Made by a program: the position numbers and the translations under genes. A stretch of DNA of 64,000 bases, taken from NCBI GenBank assembly GCA_050084515.1, contig CM114271.1:22816001-22880000 (forward strand), read 5' to 3'. The stretch is from Blasia pusilla. Taxonomy: Eukaryota. The first letter of the stretch is position 1, and every line of letters begins with the position of its first letter. Shown in pieces: positions 63,200 to 64,000 of this stretch. Below the pieces are notes generated by a model. It was not told the origin of the DNA, made no database searches, and was given only the letters and a program-made list of their open reading frames with translations.

Positions 63200-64000
63200 G
63201 GCATGCTAAAGAGGAGGACAGATAGAAGATATTCTCATGAACCATTGCTTCGACCATCTCATCGATCATTGAAAACACATGCTCCCAAATTTTTTGGAAG
63301 CTTTGTACCGTCTACTCTATGATTTGTGGTTTGGTACAATCTATATCAAGCATATTGTAGCACAAAAATTAAGATAAGCCACGTTTTAGAAACCTTATTT
63401 AAGAATATGACGTTCTATATTGTCAAAGATGCACATGATTGAGATGCACACCCATACTCATGAATGCATATTTGAGACCGTTTTGCCCATCCTAGCCAAA
63501 GTGATGCATAACATGAATGATGAAGCATATGGCTTGGCTACTCAATGTTTTTGGTCCAAAGGCTAAAGAAATGACGATACTACCATCACATATGTAGAAA
63601 ACTCTAATGTATGTGTTGACTCATTGACATTGGGTTCCACCAACTAATAAGCATGGTGATTCCAAACCAATCAATAGCCACCCTCTATCTAGGCATAAGA
63701 GGCAAGGTAACTTAACAAAGTGAATAACACTACTTTTGACAAACTCGCGTTGTTGACCAATATCAACGAGGTTCAATCATCCTATTTTTCTACTTGAAAC
63801 AAATTGTCATAGATAAAAGAACAAATCCAGCCAATCAACGACGCATGGTGGATCCGAATACATGAAGACCAAAGTGGAGGAAGAAATTCCTGGTCAAACC
63901 AGCTAATTACGAGTTTACAAGGCCTTCTCACACTTGTCAACGAATGGTTTGGCAACTCACCGGAAATTAGATTAGCCCATTTATGCGCGCGTTGCAAATT

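Noticed and set aside
62050..64000. Decayed L1-type LINE on the minus strand
   Set aside because: Only vague peptide resemblance across many stops; no RT catalytic motif visible.

Overview
Eukaryotic nuclear DNA from a land plant. The sequences look bryophyte-like (an inference from divergence and long GA-rich leaders). By hand I could splice five intron-containing genes into open frames: a small myristoylated ubiquitin-binding (UBTD/DC-UbP-type) protein (+, 1753-4575); an At1g64430-like protein with a PPR-like motif and Zn-ribbon (+, 12874-17955); plant-specific TFIIB-related protein pBRP with a long C-terminal tail (-, 20884-24768); an RCC1/UVR8-family RUG1/RUG2-like protein (+, 29713-35720, first intron GC-AG); and an SPL1/12/14/16-clade SBP-box factor with IRPGC motif, ankyrin repeats and a C-terminal TM helix (+, 52268-58065). 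AT-rich blocks (about 6-12 kb, 37-48.5 kb, 59.5-64 kb) hold transposon debris: CACTA transposase remnants, a hAT-type MITE family (one copy with a perfect 8-bp TSD), Helitron ends and a probable solo LTR. The most unusual items are a ~170-bp structured repeat found only in the sense orientation of neighbouring genes, a REL-endonuclease (CRE-like) retroelement fragment inside a ~100-bp satellite upstream of pBRP, and a GTAC cluster, TATA box and ~2.5-kb structured leader in front of the SPL gene. I found no tRNA, rRNA, snRNA or CRISPR array. All family assignments are from recalled motifs, not from database searches.
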